Assembly: GCF_006345805.1 (NCBI RefSeq) | Contig: NC_042998.1 | Span: forward strand, 152,768,001 to 152,832,000 | Origin: Octopus sinensis | Taxonomy: Eukaryota | DNA: 64,000 nt | Direction of reading: 5' to 3' | Part shown: positions 51,390 through 64,000 of the stretch, one piece after another | Position numbering within the stretch: position 1 is the first letter of the stretch | Layout of the letters: each line of letters begins with the position of its first letter | The notes under the pieces: generated by a model | The model's database searches: none | The model's input: the letters and a program-made list of their open reading frames with translations, nothing else | What the model was told of the DNA's origin: nothing | Translations under genes and position numbers: made by a program

Positions 51390-51577
51390 GTAATCATTTT
51401 TAATTTTGTATATTTTCATTTGTCTTGCTCATTTTCACATTTTGGTGTTTTGCTGGGATTTTTTTCTTGAGAACACATTCTTCGTGGTAATGGCAATTTG
51501 ACGTCTATGTTTAGCATATTAGGTGTCCACTTTAGTGGTCATTCCTCTTAATTTTGTATGTATGTGTGTGCGTAAAA

Positions 51578-52278
51578 CAGGTTGCCCCTGGGAGCTCCTC
51601 TATGCTGATGACCTGGCCTTCATAGCAGAATCACTACCTGAACTAGAAAAGAAATTTCAGGTGTGGAAGCAAGGTTTAGAATCAAAGGGCCTTAGAGTAA
51701 ATGTAGCAAAGACCAAAGTTATAGTAAGCAGAAAGGCGAACTCATCACACCCCCTCGGGCAGGTGGCCCTGCTTGATCTGTAGGAAAGGTGTAGGTAGAA
51801 ACTCCATAAGATGTACCCAGTGTAAGCTATGGACGCATAAGAGGTGCAGCAACATCAAAGGGAAATTAACTGATAAGATAGCTTTCATGTGCGGCAGATG
51901 CACAGGGACAATAGACACCACAGATACTCAGAAAACAGATTCCATCACACTCCATAGGGAGAAACTAGAAGTAGTTCATAGTTTCCGCTACCTGAGTGAT
52001 CAAGTTAGTAGTGGAGGTGGATGCTCAGAGAGTGTCACCACTAGAATACGAATAGCCTGGGCAAAGTTTAGAAAGCTCCTACCCCTACTGGTGACAAAGG
52101 GTCTCTCGCTCAGAGTGAAAGGTAGATTGTATGATGCATGTGTGCTAACTGCCATGCTTCACGGTAGTGAAACATGGGCTGTGACTGGTGTAGCCTCCTG
52201 GCTTCCCAGACCCCAGTCGAACCATCCAACCCGTGCTAGCACGGAAAACAGACGTTAAACGACGATGATGATGATGAT
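51578..52278 (+). mobile_element. RTE fragment of a second subfamily, internally deleted, with tail
   Basis: GCPWELLYADDLAF, the Cys-rich segment and MLHGSETW fused to the 3' tail ending in (GAT)n. Confidence 0.9.
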
Positions 52279-52759
52279 TACACGCCTAGCATGCACATGC
52301 ACACACATATAGGCAGTCACAAACTCAAAGGTGTGTCTACAAACACACCCCTAGACAAACACACACGTGTGTGTGTGTGTGTGTGTGTGTATACCTATTT
52401 CTCAGACACAGTATTTTTATTTTGGTTTGTGACTTACCTCAGTCAATTTTGTATTGTGATTCTCTTGCTTTAAAGTTTCATACCATTTTTCTAGGATCTG
52501 AAAATAAAAAAATTATACCATTAGGATAATATACCATTAAATGTATCAGATATTTTCTTTAATAGTGTAAAAAGAGACATCATCATCATCACCTTATAAT
52601 TAATGTTCAACCAGTTACAAATACCAGCCATATCACATTTACATCACTCACTGACTTCTTAAAAAAAGATAGTGCAACTTGAAGAAATATAAAGATATTT
52701 TGAAGCGCGTGCACGCACATACACATACACACGCACACACAGGATATACATTAGAGAGA

Positions 52760-54110
52760 AGAAATTACACAGATACAAACTAGTTGGAGCAAGTCAAGAA
52801 AATCACTGAAAGACTTGTAGCTATTTTCATTAGGATGAGAAGTAGATGAAATGTAGTTTGACTTTGCAATTAGGAGGGGGAACTGTTGATGCTCTCTTCC
52901 TAGTGTGGTAACTGTAGGAAGAGCACCTAGCCAGAAGTCAGCTACTACACCTGGCTTTTGTAGACAAGGCTCTCTGCATTGTGATTTAGTGGTAGCTGAG
53001 GAGACTAGGACTAGATGAATGGTTTGCAAGAGCCACATAAACCATATACAGAGATGCTATCAATAAAGTGAAAGTGAGAAATGAGTTCAACAATGAATTT
53101 AGTTATCAGGTATCTGTCCTCAAACCCCACCTGTTCATTATAGTCCTCCAAGCTGTAACAAGAACTTAAGATCAGACACCCATGAAAATTTCTATATGCT
53201 GATTACCTAGCTCTTATAACTGAATCAGAATGTATCTAGAAAAGAAATATTAGAAGTGGAATAAAATTTAGAAATGCAACGCCACAAAGTTAACTTAGCA
53301 AAGGCTAGAGTACTAGCAAAGGCTAGAGTACTAGCAAAGGCTAGAGTACTAGCAAAGACTAGAGTACTAGTAAGTAGGTGAAAAGATAGGACCCTACAAC
53401 CATCAGGAAATTAGTCATACATATTATGCACAAAAATAGTAGGTATGAATTTCACATTACATACTGAGTGTAAACTATGTACACATAAAAGATAAAATGG
53501 GATCAGAAGAGACAAACTTCCTTTATAACATGTATAGAGAATGTAAACACCAGGAGCTTATGAAAGATATTTTCTTTAAAATGCCCAGAAAGTTCCCTGA
53601 AAGTAGTTGATATCTTCTACTACTTCAGTGATCTAATGAGTAGTGAAAGCAAATGTTCTGAAAGTGTAGTAGCCTCCGTAATAACAGATAAAAAAAAGTT
53701 CAGTGAACTGACAACAAAAGGCCTCTGGTCAGAATAATGAACAGATTGTGGGATGTGTGTGTATATGAAGTGGGAAGTGTGTGTATATGAAGTGGGATGT
53801 GTGTGTATATGAAGTGGGATGCTGCATTGAAGCAAGACATGGACTTTGAATGTAGAAGATTCGCAAAGACTAGAAACAAAGTAAATATGCTTTGCTAGAT
53901 GTACAATGTCAGTGTGCATGATCAACAGTGTATTAATGAGCTGAGGGGAAAAGTGGACATAAGAGGAATAAGTTGTAGTGTGCAAAAGAAAAGATTGTGC
54001 TGTTATGGGCATGTCAGGCACATGGAGGATGATAGCTGTAATAAAAAAAGCACTGCACATTCAAAGTAAATGGAAGAAGATCAATAAACACTTGAGACAA
54101 AGTGCTAAAA
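52760..54110 (+). mobile_element. Highly degraded RTE relic
   Basis: Degenerate versions of GVHQGSVL, YADYL, VNLAKARV and RWMYNVS. Confidence 0.7.
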
Positions 54111-54189
54111 ACTGAACAGAAACTACTTTGTCTTATACTGTAAATCAGAAAGGATCATGTTAATAGACAATTTGCTGCATTGTACTTCA

Positions 54190-55520
54190 TCCGCTTTGGC
54201 CCTCACATGACATCTTGTTTGCTACCTGTGCCTACTTGAAGCTTTTTGCATGAAACAGTGACCACATACAGGCAAAGACATGATAAAGGTAGCCAATGAT
54301 TTTAAAATCTTTTGTGGATTAGGATTTGTCTACCTACACAAGTTAAAACTGGACCCAGCAGACAATGAGGAAGAAACTACCAAATTGGTTCAAGAAGCAT
54401 TATGGAGCACAAACAGGGTACAGTGAGGCATGAAGGACACCGCAGAAGTCCACTGCATCCCAACTTATTTCTAGTAATCTTGACTTTGTCCTGCCACTGG
54501 AATTAGGGGTAAGAGAGTAAGGCAGACAACATTGTGCAATCCTCCCTAACATTCATCCATGTCACATGCAAGTCAAAAGATTATACCTCCCAGACCCATC
54601 TTCACATCCTGTAGAAATGGACAAATGACAAAAGATCAGGTATGGATGCACTGTAACCTGTAGTTGTAAGCCTACAGACAGGTAGCTCAGGGCATAGGGT
54701 TGTTCTTTACTGACTGAAGCAGAAATAGAGATTGGCAGGTCTCTGGGTGTCTGAGCAGCTCTCTTTAGGATTGCTCTCTTCACCTCCAGCATACTGCAGT
54801 AGGCAGGGATCCCAACCATGTGGTTGAAATATCAAGATGAAAACATTGGTGACATTGCTTATGATTGACACATGGAATGTGCGAATACTCATGGGCAGCT
54901 CCAAAGCAAACAGACCTGAGAGATGGACAGCACTTGTTACAAGAGAACTTTGTGAGTAAATCATCACATTGTAATTCTGAACAAGATTCTTTCTGGAATG
55001 ATTGCAATAGTGATGAACATCATGAAATATAAATGGGTTTTGCAATCAGATCTAATCTGATCAGTAAGCTAACCAGCCTCCCCAAAGGACTGAATGACTG
55101 ACTGATGCCTCTTAGAGTAAAATACTATGCCATCATCATCAAAGTTTATGTTCCTACCCTGATTAACCCCGAGGAGGTCAAAGACAAGTTTTATGAAGAC
55201 CTTTCAAGTTCTCATAACAGCTGTGCCTAAGGACGAAAAGATCATCATTCTCAGCAACTTCAATGGCAGTGATGGTGCACACTATCAGACATGGGAGGGA
55301 GTCATTAGGAGAAATGGGGTTGATGAGGTTTACAGAGGTAGTCATATACCAACACAGTGTTTTACCAGTCCAACTGCAAAAAGATGTCCTGGATGTATCT
55401 ACATTAGTCAGGAGACAGGACAGGTGGGCTGTTAGGGTGACAAAGGCCCTAAAGTCTGGACAGATAACATGCTCATCCTTGGGAAACTTGACATGCACAT
55501 CCAGCCCATGTGGTGACCAA
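54190..55520 (+). mobile_element. BovB-like RTE 5' end and APE relic
   Basis: IDTWNVRILMGSSKANRPERWTALVTREL, VYVPTL..PEEVKDKFYEDL, VPKDEKIIILSNFN. Confidence 0.75.
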
Positions 55521-56334
55521 AAATTCATTCATTGACTATACTAATACAATATTAGTTATAACCATGAATATGATAACGTATACTAGTTAGCTTCTGCTAT
55601 ATAGCTCAACACTGCAGTATTGTTACTTGAATTATGATGAAAAATGTTTTTATAATAGTGTTTTAGGGATTTTGTAGGTCTATTTTTCCTCTACAACTTT
55701 TATCCATTGTTTTGAAATCTGAAAAATTTTATCTCTTTTCAGACATGTTGAAATGGTTGGACCTTCCTTGTCATATCAGGATGAGAAGGCTTCTCTGAGG
55801 GCTGTATGACAGACAGAGGTTACAGATTCTTAAAGCCAAGACTAGGAAGCAAAAGGAACTGGGGATTTACTGCAAATACAAGAAGAAAAGGATGCTATGC
55901 TAATACAATATTAGTTATAACCATGAATATGATAATGTATACTAGTTAGCTTCTGCTATATAACTCAACACTGCAGTATTAAGCATGATCTTATCTCAAG
56001 TTAACATACACTAATTGAATACTACATTTTAAATATGAACCCCTGCTTCTTTTGCTGAATTTGAGCATAATCCTTCTTCTGTAATCCTATCAACCACTTT
56101 TATATACCTAAGCCATATTAATAATAAAGGCAATATGGAATATCTGGTACAATCACTATTTTCATCACACTTTAATACACCTAGCCATTAATTCCTTAAT
56201 ATACTGACTGTTTCGGATATTGACTATTCCCCAGATATCCTTGCCTAGATCAATAATACTAGGCTTGTATAATTTTATACCCCCCCCCCCCCCCGGCTTC
56301 CATACACAGTGGATATTTATACAACTATATATGT

Positions 56335-57150
56335 ACTAGATCTTTGGCTTTTGCTAAGTTAATTTAAGGCCCCGTGATTCAAGGTTTTGGTTCTACAGCT
56401 AGAATTTAATTTCTAATTTTATTACAATTTCAGCTACAAGAATAAGGTCATCAGCATAGAAGAGTTCTCGTGGGTAACCAGCCCTAAATTCCTCAGTTAA
56501 GGCCTGGAGGACTATAATAAATAGAAAGGAATTGATGACCAAATCCTTATGAATTCTTACCTGAACACTAAATTCATCACTGTACTCATTGTTAACACTG
56601 ATTTTGCTGACAACATCCCTGTAAATGATTTGAACAGTTCTCACTAGCTATACATCTACTTCTAGCTTTTGTAGTGACACAGATAAGGGAGTGAGGCATC
56701 CTGTCTTAAGCTTTCTTCAGGCTGACAAATGCTAAGTGCAGTGGTTCATTTTTTACTAAATATTTCCCCTGGAAATGCCAAACTATAAAGGGAACATCAG
56801 GAGTACTTCTCCCCAGCACAGAACCAAATTGCAATCCATTTAGATTAATTCTCATTTTAATTAATTGACCTTGACTCTTTCGGTGACTTTCATAACCTGG
56901 TTAAGTAATTTTAAACCTCTATACTTACTTCTCTCTAAGGCATCTTTCCCTTCATAACAGTTGACTATGATGTTGCCACACCAATTGTTTGGTATGATAC
57001 CTTCCTGTACAACCTGATTAAGTATATGGGTAACTAGACAATATCCAACTCTACCAGATAATTTAAGCATTTCAGCAGTAATTCATGAAGGACTAGGGGC
57101 TTTCCTTGTCTTCATATTCTTAATTATTTTATCTTTAACAATGTCAACTA
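56335..57150 (-). mobile_element. Degraded RTE RT fragment
   Basis: ORFs 56861..57070 (GIIPNNWC...YRGLKLL) and 56399..56644 (ELFYADDL). Confidence 0.8.
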
Positions 57151-57319
57151 CAAGAACCCAAATAACATCAGATTCTTTAATTTACAATACACCAAAACTG
57201 CAAACAATCTGAGGAAAATTAAAGGGGGCTGATTTTGTGAATGAAATTAACTAGATCCAATTATTTTACCCCTTCTTATTGGGTGAAACAATTATGTACC
57301 AAGGGGGGACTAATCTTTT

Positions 57320-58380
57320 GTTTTGTGGCTAACTTTCCGATGGCCAAAAATCCTGAGGCACATTTTCTTGTGACAAAAATGTTTGCAGCAAACTTTTCTA
57401 GAACTGCTATCAATGAAAATACTGATGTGAATGACATGGTGCACCTAACAATTGTTGCAAGATATTGTGACAATGATTGTATTTATGAAGAATTATGTTG
57501 TTTTATTCCTCTTACCAAAACAACTGTTGGACAGGGCATTTGTAAATTATTTCAAAAATCAAGCCATTAATATAAATAAAATATTTTATATTACAACTGA
57601 CGGTGCAAGTGCACTGATTGGAAAGGGAAAAGGATTTGTTAAACTTCTTGAAAATCATGCTGGATGCAATGTAGTGAGTTTTAACTGCATTATACACCAG
57701 GAAAATTTAGCTACAAAAAGTTTGTCACAAAGCTTGAGTTCTGTCATGGAGACTGTTGTTAAAATAGTTAACTTCATAGTTTCTTGCTCTTCATTGACTC
57801 AAAGACAATTTAAGTCCCTTCTACAAGAATTTGACAGCAAATATGCAAACCTCTCGGGGTAATGTTTTGAACAGATTTGTATCATGCTCAGAAGAAATCA
57901 AAATATTTCTTGAAGAGAAACATTTCCCAGAATTGAACAATGAAGACTGGTTATTTAAATTGATGTTTCAAATTGACACTTACCAATACTTATAAATACT
58001 TTCCAAATGTAAAAGCTTATTCAAATTGATTTAATATTAATAAAAATGAACTTCAAAAACATTAAAAGAAGACTCAATTGATTTGAAAATGAACCCATTT
58101 GATCTATTACTTTTTGAGTGGATGCACATCGATAGTTTTGAAATGGAAATGATTTAATTAACAACTTCAGAATTGTGGAAAACAAAATTTGTGGAATTAC
58201 AAAAAAACTCTTGAAAGAAGCTGCTTGGAGAAGCCTGTTGCCATCTTTGATTGCTGGATGTTGCTGCCTGAAAGAGTAAATTCTTTGAAGAAAATTTCAT
58301 ATGCTCTGTTTTCAGCCTTTGGCTCAACATATACAAGTGAACAAATCTGTTTTGAGTCCACAAAGAAGTTGTCATAATTA
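57320..58380 (+). mobile_element. hAT (SPIN/GTF2IRD2-like) transposase relic
   Basis: AINENTDVNDMVHLTI, ITTDGASALIG, NCIIHQENL, VMETVVKIVNFI and FGSTYTSEQ. TIRs not found. Confidence 0.85.
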
Positions 58381-58725
58381 ATCCTTAAATCCTATGGGCC
58401 AAAACTTCTAAATAAGTTTTCCAACATAGTCCCATTTTGTAACCACAAGTTTTTTCAACCTGTTTGAAAATTTACAAAAATAAAGTAAAAGTAAAATTAG
58501 GTGTTTTAGAGGACCACCTGAGCCTTTGTCTGTGATTGAAATTGGGTAAGGCTTGTAGCAATCTCTCTCAATAATTATCTGCAGGTTGATGAATGAACAA
58601 TGGACTAATCCTTACTGATTTCACTAAACCTTTTAATTTTGTCTTATTTTTTACTATTTATCATTAAGTGGACACTATATATGTTTGCTTCCCTCTATCC
58701 TGTTAAAACTGACAGACAACCAGAA

Positions 58726-60271
58726 ATTCTCTCCTCTTTTTGGTGTTAATTGTAAGTGCTAATTGTTAAGTTAAATTACTGTTGAACTGTTGTTGTGTTT
58801 TAAAAACATCTTGTTTTGCTGTCTTGTGGCAGTATTGTTAACATTCTCCCACTTGTTTGAAGCGGGAAGCATTGTATTTTTGTGCCTTCATAATGGAATG
58901 TGAAAATTTGAGTTCTTCAGGCTTAACGTTGTCTGAAGAAGAGTTGCTAAGAGCAAAAGATGCCATTGAGAGGAAAATGGAAAAAGAAAAAAAAGAGTTT
59001 GTGGTGATGGCCAGAGGTAACTGTGAAGAGATAAACGTTGAAAGGAGGGACCTGGAGAAGTTCAAGGAAATATTATGAAGGGAGGGGCATGAGGTTAAGA
59101 TGACCTCTCCAAAAGAAATTATAAAATTATAAGGACAACCAAAAAAAAAAAACAATAACTTACAGAACATACAATACAAAATTGAAGATAGAAATAGCAA
59201 CAAGGAATCCAAAACCTATCTGACGGGACATTACTTACCTTGCTATAGTGAGGTTTGCGACTGTGGAGGTGTAGTTTCTGATCGAAGCAATAGCCAGGCA
59301 GCACTCATTAAACTTCCTGAAGACCTGATGAGGTAGTTTTTCTGCCCATTAACGTTGGAAGGCGTGCTTCCAGAGTAAGGGTGGAAGAAATCCCTCTGGC
59401 TGGTAGCAGCAATACTGCTAAGACTAGAAGAAAAGATTGTGGTCCCCCAAGCAACAAGAACAGCACAAAAGAATTGGTAAGGGTAAGACCTGGAGATGGT
59501 CATGCAGGCCACCCTAGATGACCTGGAGTAAATGGTTGACACCATAACAATGGGTGACAAAGTGAGACTTAAGGTGATGGTGGAAGGTAGGAAGCCCTGT
59601 TGCTACAAGTGTAGCCAAAAAGGCCACATAAGGGCAGAATGCCCTTCACTGACCATAAAGGTACCAGTGACACCACCAACTGAAAGGAAAACTGAACCTC
59701 CATTTCCTGAAATAACAAAGGTTGCAGGAGTAAGTGAGGAGGAACCCATCAAAATGGAAAGAAAGGAGGACCAGGTGGAGGATGGAAGCAAGGAAGAATG
59801 GGAAACAAAAGAAAAAAGAGAAAAAGGAGAGGGACACAAACTGTTGATGTGAACCCTCACCCCACCCCACCTCCACTTTCCCTTTGGCTAGAGTGGATAC
59901 TTCTAGGAGTGAGGGAATGCCCTCTCAGAGGAAATATTCACTTATAACAAAAGAGGATTGTAATAGAGTGAAAGAGAAACTGATAACAATGGATTACCTA
60001 AGTTAAGTCTCTAAGCTATATATTCAGTACCTAAGGACCTGTTGTGTTAAAACGTTTCACAAATTTTTTATAAAAGTTTCATTAACTGTGTAAAGTTTTG
60101 TTATAGTTTCAATGAGGTCACTTGGTTTGTGGGGTTGAGTGGCCTTCATTCCACCCATACATTGTTTCATGCTATCTTTCTCATTTGTTTGTTTTCCCCC
60201 CACTTATGCATTCGTATGTCTTTATGTCATCTGTCCCTTATATGTTGACCTCTGGTAAGTAATAAAGAATT
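58726..60271 (+). mobile_element. ORF1-only L1/Tx1-like element (gag-like CCHC) bounded by a 17-bp direct repeat
   Basis: CTGACAGACAACCAGAA at 58709-58725 and 60272-60288. ATG at 58893, CYKCSQKGHIRAEC at 59601-59642, AATAAA at 60261. No APE or RT motifs inside. Confidence 0.65.
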
Positions 60272-60530
60272 CTGACAGACAACCAGAATGTGAAACATCC
60301 TTGAAGATAATTTTCCTAATGAAAGGGCCATTGCCTGTCTAGTTCCCTAATGTTTGAGGCATTATTGAAATTTGGTGATGTCCTTTGGACTCTGAATGGA
60401 CTTTTTTCTGGTTTTCGTCTTATATTTTAATATTGCTTAATTTTTATTGTTTTCAACCTTTTACTATTTATATGCATAGATTTATTCCATGTTCTTTTTT
60501 CCTTACATGATTCCATCTGTACTCTTTTGC

Positions 60531-60567
<37 letters not shown>

Positions 60568-60739
60568 TATACTTTTTTACGCCCATGTGTTTTAATATGT
60601 GTTTACATTTAATAGTGTGATGATAGGCGATATTACAAAGTTGTTTGACCAACTTAGAAGTTTTTCATCATATCCTTCAAATACATACATACATATACAT
60701 ATATATATATATAGACAGATAGATAGATATAGGTATTTA

Positions 60740-61890
60740 GATATCATCATTATTGTCGTCGTTTAACGTCCGCTTCCCACGCTACCATGGGTTGGACGGT
60801 TTGACTGAGGACTGGTGAACCAGAAGGCTGCACCAGGCTCAGTCTCATATGGCAAAGTTTCTACAGATAGATGCCCTTCCTAAAGCCAACCACTCTGAGA
60901 GTGTAGAGGGTGCTTTTATGTGCCACCGGCATGAGGGCCAGTCAGGCGATTCTGGTAATGACCATGCTCAAAAGGTGATTTTTACATGTTATCTGCATAG
61001 GAGCCAGTCCAGTGGCACTGGCAATGACCATGCTCAAATGTTGTTTTTCACGTGCCACTGGCACATGTGCCAGTAAGATGACAATGGCAACGATCACGCT
61101 GTTTATGTGCCCCTGGCAATGATCACACTTGATATGCTTTTTCTGTTCCACTGGTACGAGTGCCAATCAGGCAGTACTATCATTGGCTATATCAGCGATT
61201 TTGATTTGATTTCACTTGCATAGGTCTTTGCAAGCAAAGTTTATTGTCCAATGAATGAGGGGTACTCATAATTGGGCTGGTTACACCCACTGGCATAAAC
61301 CATGGGTTATGGTCTCACTTGGCTTGTCGGGTCTTCTCCAGCACAGCATATCTCCAAAGGTCTCGGTCACTAGTCACCGCATCAGTAAGGCCCAGTGTTT
61401 GAAGGTCGTGTTTCACTACCTCATCCCAGGTCTTCCTGGGTCTACCTCTTACACAGGTTCCCTCAATTGCCATTGTGTGACACTTCTTCACACAGCTGTC
61501 CTCATCCATTCGCAACATACGACCATTCCAGCGCAGTTGTCTCTCTTGCACACCACGTCTGATGCTTCTTAAATCCAACTTTTCTCTCAGGGTGCTTACA
61601 CTCTGTCAAGTAAGCACCCTGACATTACACATCCAGCGGAGCATACTGGCTTCAATCCAAACAAGCTTATGTTTCACTGCCATGTAGCATGGCTGTTCAT
61701 ACACATGCGTCATACAATCTACCTTTAACTCTGAGCGAGAAGCCCTTTGTCACCAGCAGTGGTAGGAGCTCTTTGAACTTTGCCCAGGCTGTTCTTATTC
61801 TAGCAGCTACACTTTCAGAGCATTCACCCCCGCTACTGACTTGGTCCCCTAGGTAACGGAAGCTATCAACTACTTCTAGCTTTTCTCCCT
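60740..61890 (-). mobile_element. RTE 3' fragment with a diverged 3' UTR array
   Basis: LEVVDSFRYLGD...RLYDACV, GRPRKTWDEVVKHDL, and the tail at 60740-60900. Confidence 0.9.
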
Positions 61891-62248
61891 GGATATATAT
61901 ATACACACACACAAATATAAATTTATGAGAATATAAGATATTCATATGAATAAAGATACATGTATGTGCATATGTATCTTTCATTATATGGATATCTTTA
62001 TAATATCCTCCATAAACCCTCTATGGGACATATGATTCGCATGTTTATATATTATATTTTTTATTTCATTTTGATTTTTATTGTCTTATATTTATATTCT
62101 TTTTATATTCTTCTATAATCTAAATTCTTATAATTTTGTACATTATTATTTATATTTATGGTTTTGTCATTCCTTGCATATTTCCCAAATTATATTGTTT
62201 TCATAATATCCTGATGAGTATAGAATTTTTTTTTATACATGCGTGTGT

Positions 62249-62286
<38 letters not shown>

Positions 62287-62877
62287 TTTTATCTTCTTAT
62301 GCAAAATAGACTTGTGTGTATGTGTATTCGCTTTTCACGTTGAAACAGCTGTGCAAATTGCTTCCATATGGGATGCATGAATAATTTGGCCTTGGATACA
62401 TAATAGGGTCTTCAGTCTCTTTTTTTTTTGATTAAAAATAAATAATATTGTTTTATATATATGACTCACTTCTTTAGGTTTCTCAATGTCAACTTCTGGT
62501 ATTGATGTAACAATGGAGAAATTTTCCGTTTTCATTTCCAAAATCTCTCAATCTCTATTTTGATGTTCTCATTCAAGTTTTAATTCACTATTTGCAAACA
62601 ACTACGATAAATTACTGAAAGAAATATTTACTAAGTTCACAAATTTAATACAAGAGCTTTTATTCATATTTTTTCATTTCAGGTTTATTTCATTCATTAT
62701 TTGCAATGTTCTCACTCTCTCTCTCTCTCTCTCACACGCACACACGTGTTTTTGTAAGTATGTTTGTATATATTTATATGTGTGTGTGTGTGTGTGTTTG
62801 TGTGTGCATGTATGTAAAAATGTATATATATGTGTGTGTATGTGTATATGCATGTATGTATGTGTGTGTATGTACAT

Positions 62878-63540
62878 AGTATCTGGACTGTTGCAATAGT
62901 AATGAAGCTAAAGCTTGCAGAGTGAAGCTGCTCAGAGGCCTATGCAAAGTTTTCAAAAAGTTTTCACTGTTCTTGACACAGTCAAGGAGAACTTGTGCAG
63001 CTGAAACCTCAGTGTCTTTTTGGTCAGCTGAAAACAGTTTTGGCACAAACTTGGCAGACACATGTCTCATACCCAAATGGACTAAACTGAACCATAACTA
63101 ATCTGTATATCCACTGATAACTCAGATAGTGACCTGATGATCTCTCCTCATATCTGCATGCACATCTGCAATGTCTATCTCAGTTCTGCTGGTTGTGGGT
63201 CTCCCAAAACGTTCGTCAATATTGACATTTTTTTAGCCATCTTGGAAATGTCTGAACCACTCATGCACTTGTGTGCAGCTCATATACTCTTCTCCATACA
63301 CTTTCTACAACTATGTGTAAGCCTCTGAGTAAGTATTGCCATGGCAACTTTCTCCGTTATGGTCAATGTGATGATCATATGCTACACACCTTCCTCCCAA
63401 GCACTGCTGCAAACAGCAGAAGTGAGCTAGAGTGTTAAAACTTAGTATGCATGCACAGCAGAGATCAAGGTCAATCTTTACCAAGCGGCTCAACTCTGCA
63501 TGCTTTAGCTTTGTTACAATGGCAACAGTCTGGATACTTA
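62878..63540 (-). mobile_element. Non-autonomous mariner derivative (about 660 bp) with about 55-bp inverted ends
   Basis: GTATC(TG/CA)GACTGTTGC.AT.GTAA..AAGCTAAAGC.TGCAGAGT at both ends in inverted orientation. Interior MGMRHVSAKFVPKL. Confidence 0.7.
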
Positions 63541-63582
63541 TTGATCAGACCTCGTATGTATATATATATATATATATATATA

Positions 63583-64000
63583 TCATCATCATCATTTAAC
63601 GTCCGCTTTCCATGCTAGCATGGGTTGGACGGTTCAACTGGGGTCTGGGGAGCCCGAAGGCTGCACCAAGCCTGTCAGATCTGGCAGTGTTTCTACAGCT
63701 GGATGCCCTTCCTAACGCCAACCACTCCGAGAGTGTAGTGGGTGATTTTATGTGCCACCGACACAGGTGCCAGACGAGGCTGGCGAACAGCCACGCTCGG
63801 ATGGTGTTTTTTATGTGCCACTGACACAGGTGCCAGACGAGGCTGGCAGACGGCCACGCTCGGATGGTGTTTTTATGTGCCACCGACACAGGTGCCAGAT
63901 GAGGCTGGCGAACGGCCATGATCGGATGGTGTTTGTTATGTGCCCACAGCACGGAGGCCAGTCGATGCGGTACTGGCTACGGCCACGTTCGGATGGTTTT
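63583..64000 (-). mobile_element. RTE 3' tail and 4-unit array; runs off the right edge
   Basis: (CAT)n TTTAACGTCCGCTTTCCATGCTAGCATGGG..., then three near-identical units plus the first-type unit. Confidence 0.9.

Larger units (their letters stand above)
50440..51560 (+). repeat. Hammerhead-bearing tandem repeat (locus C): inverted partial copy (50440-50673) plus about 1.7 tandem monomers
   Basis: AAGTGAAGACATTTG at 50681 and 51201. Same family as 21764 and 22690. Confidence 0.9.

Noticed and set aside
58400-58460. Strong minus-strand splice acceptor at about 58460
   Set aside because: All frames close within 25 codons and there is no good donor.
62200-62240. CTGATGAG motif
   Set aside because: No downstream GAAA or helices in hammerhead geometry.
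62470-62544. Possible upstream host exon ending ...TSIPEVDIEKPKE with a strong GTGAGT donor in the right phase
   Set aside because: An in-frame TGA lies just upstream, the only usable acceptor is purine-rich, and the nearby good acceptor gives stops in all frames. Needs RNA-seq.

Overview
Eukaryotic, AT-rich, microsatellite-laden genomic DNA. The repeat families suggest a cephalopod (Octopus-type) genome; this is inference, not a database match. Most of the window is transposon debris. Non-LTR retroelements: about ten Expander/Rex3-like RTE copies or tails, two BovB-like RTE remnants, one CR1/L2-group LINE, R4/Dong fragments, several Penelope-like (PLE) remnants and an ORF1-only L1/Tx1-like element. 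Also present are tRNA-derived SINEs, a full-length dead Tc1, mariner and hAT derivatives, and Helitron-like non-autonomous elements. No transposon ORF is intact. Five short minus-strand exons (43122-43041, 35318-35239, 20508-20403, 18749-18629, 16852-16772), which the ORF track does not show as a gene, splice in matching phases into 156 codons resembling the post-kinase C-terminal region of an ASK-family MAP3K. Much of the window is therefore probably intronic. The strongest non-coding signal is a set of type I hammerhead ribozyme folds: four in a ~525-535 bp tandem, retrozyme-like repeat, one with a complete core in a PLE terminal repeat (26668-26763), and one split by a hAT insertion. Other notable items are a variable-number hairpin array in the RTE 3' UTR, a LINE/SINE shared 3' stem-loop, and an RT-less RTE carrying three C2H2 fingers. 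There are no rRNA genes, intact tRNA genes or CRISPR arrays. All structures and alignments were read by eye.
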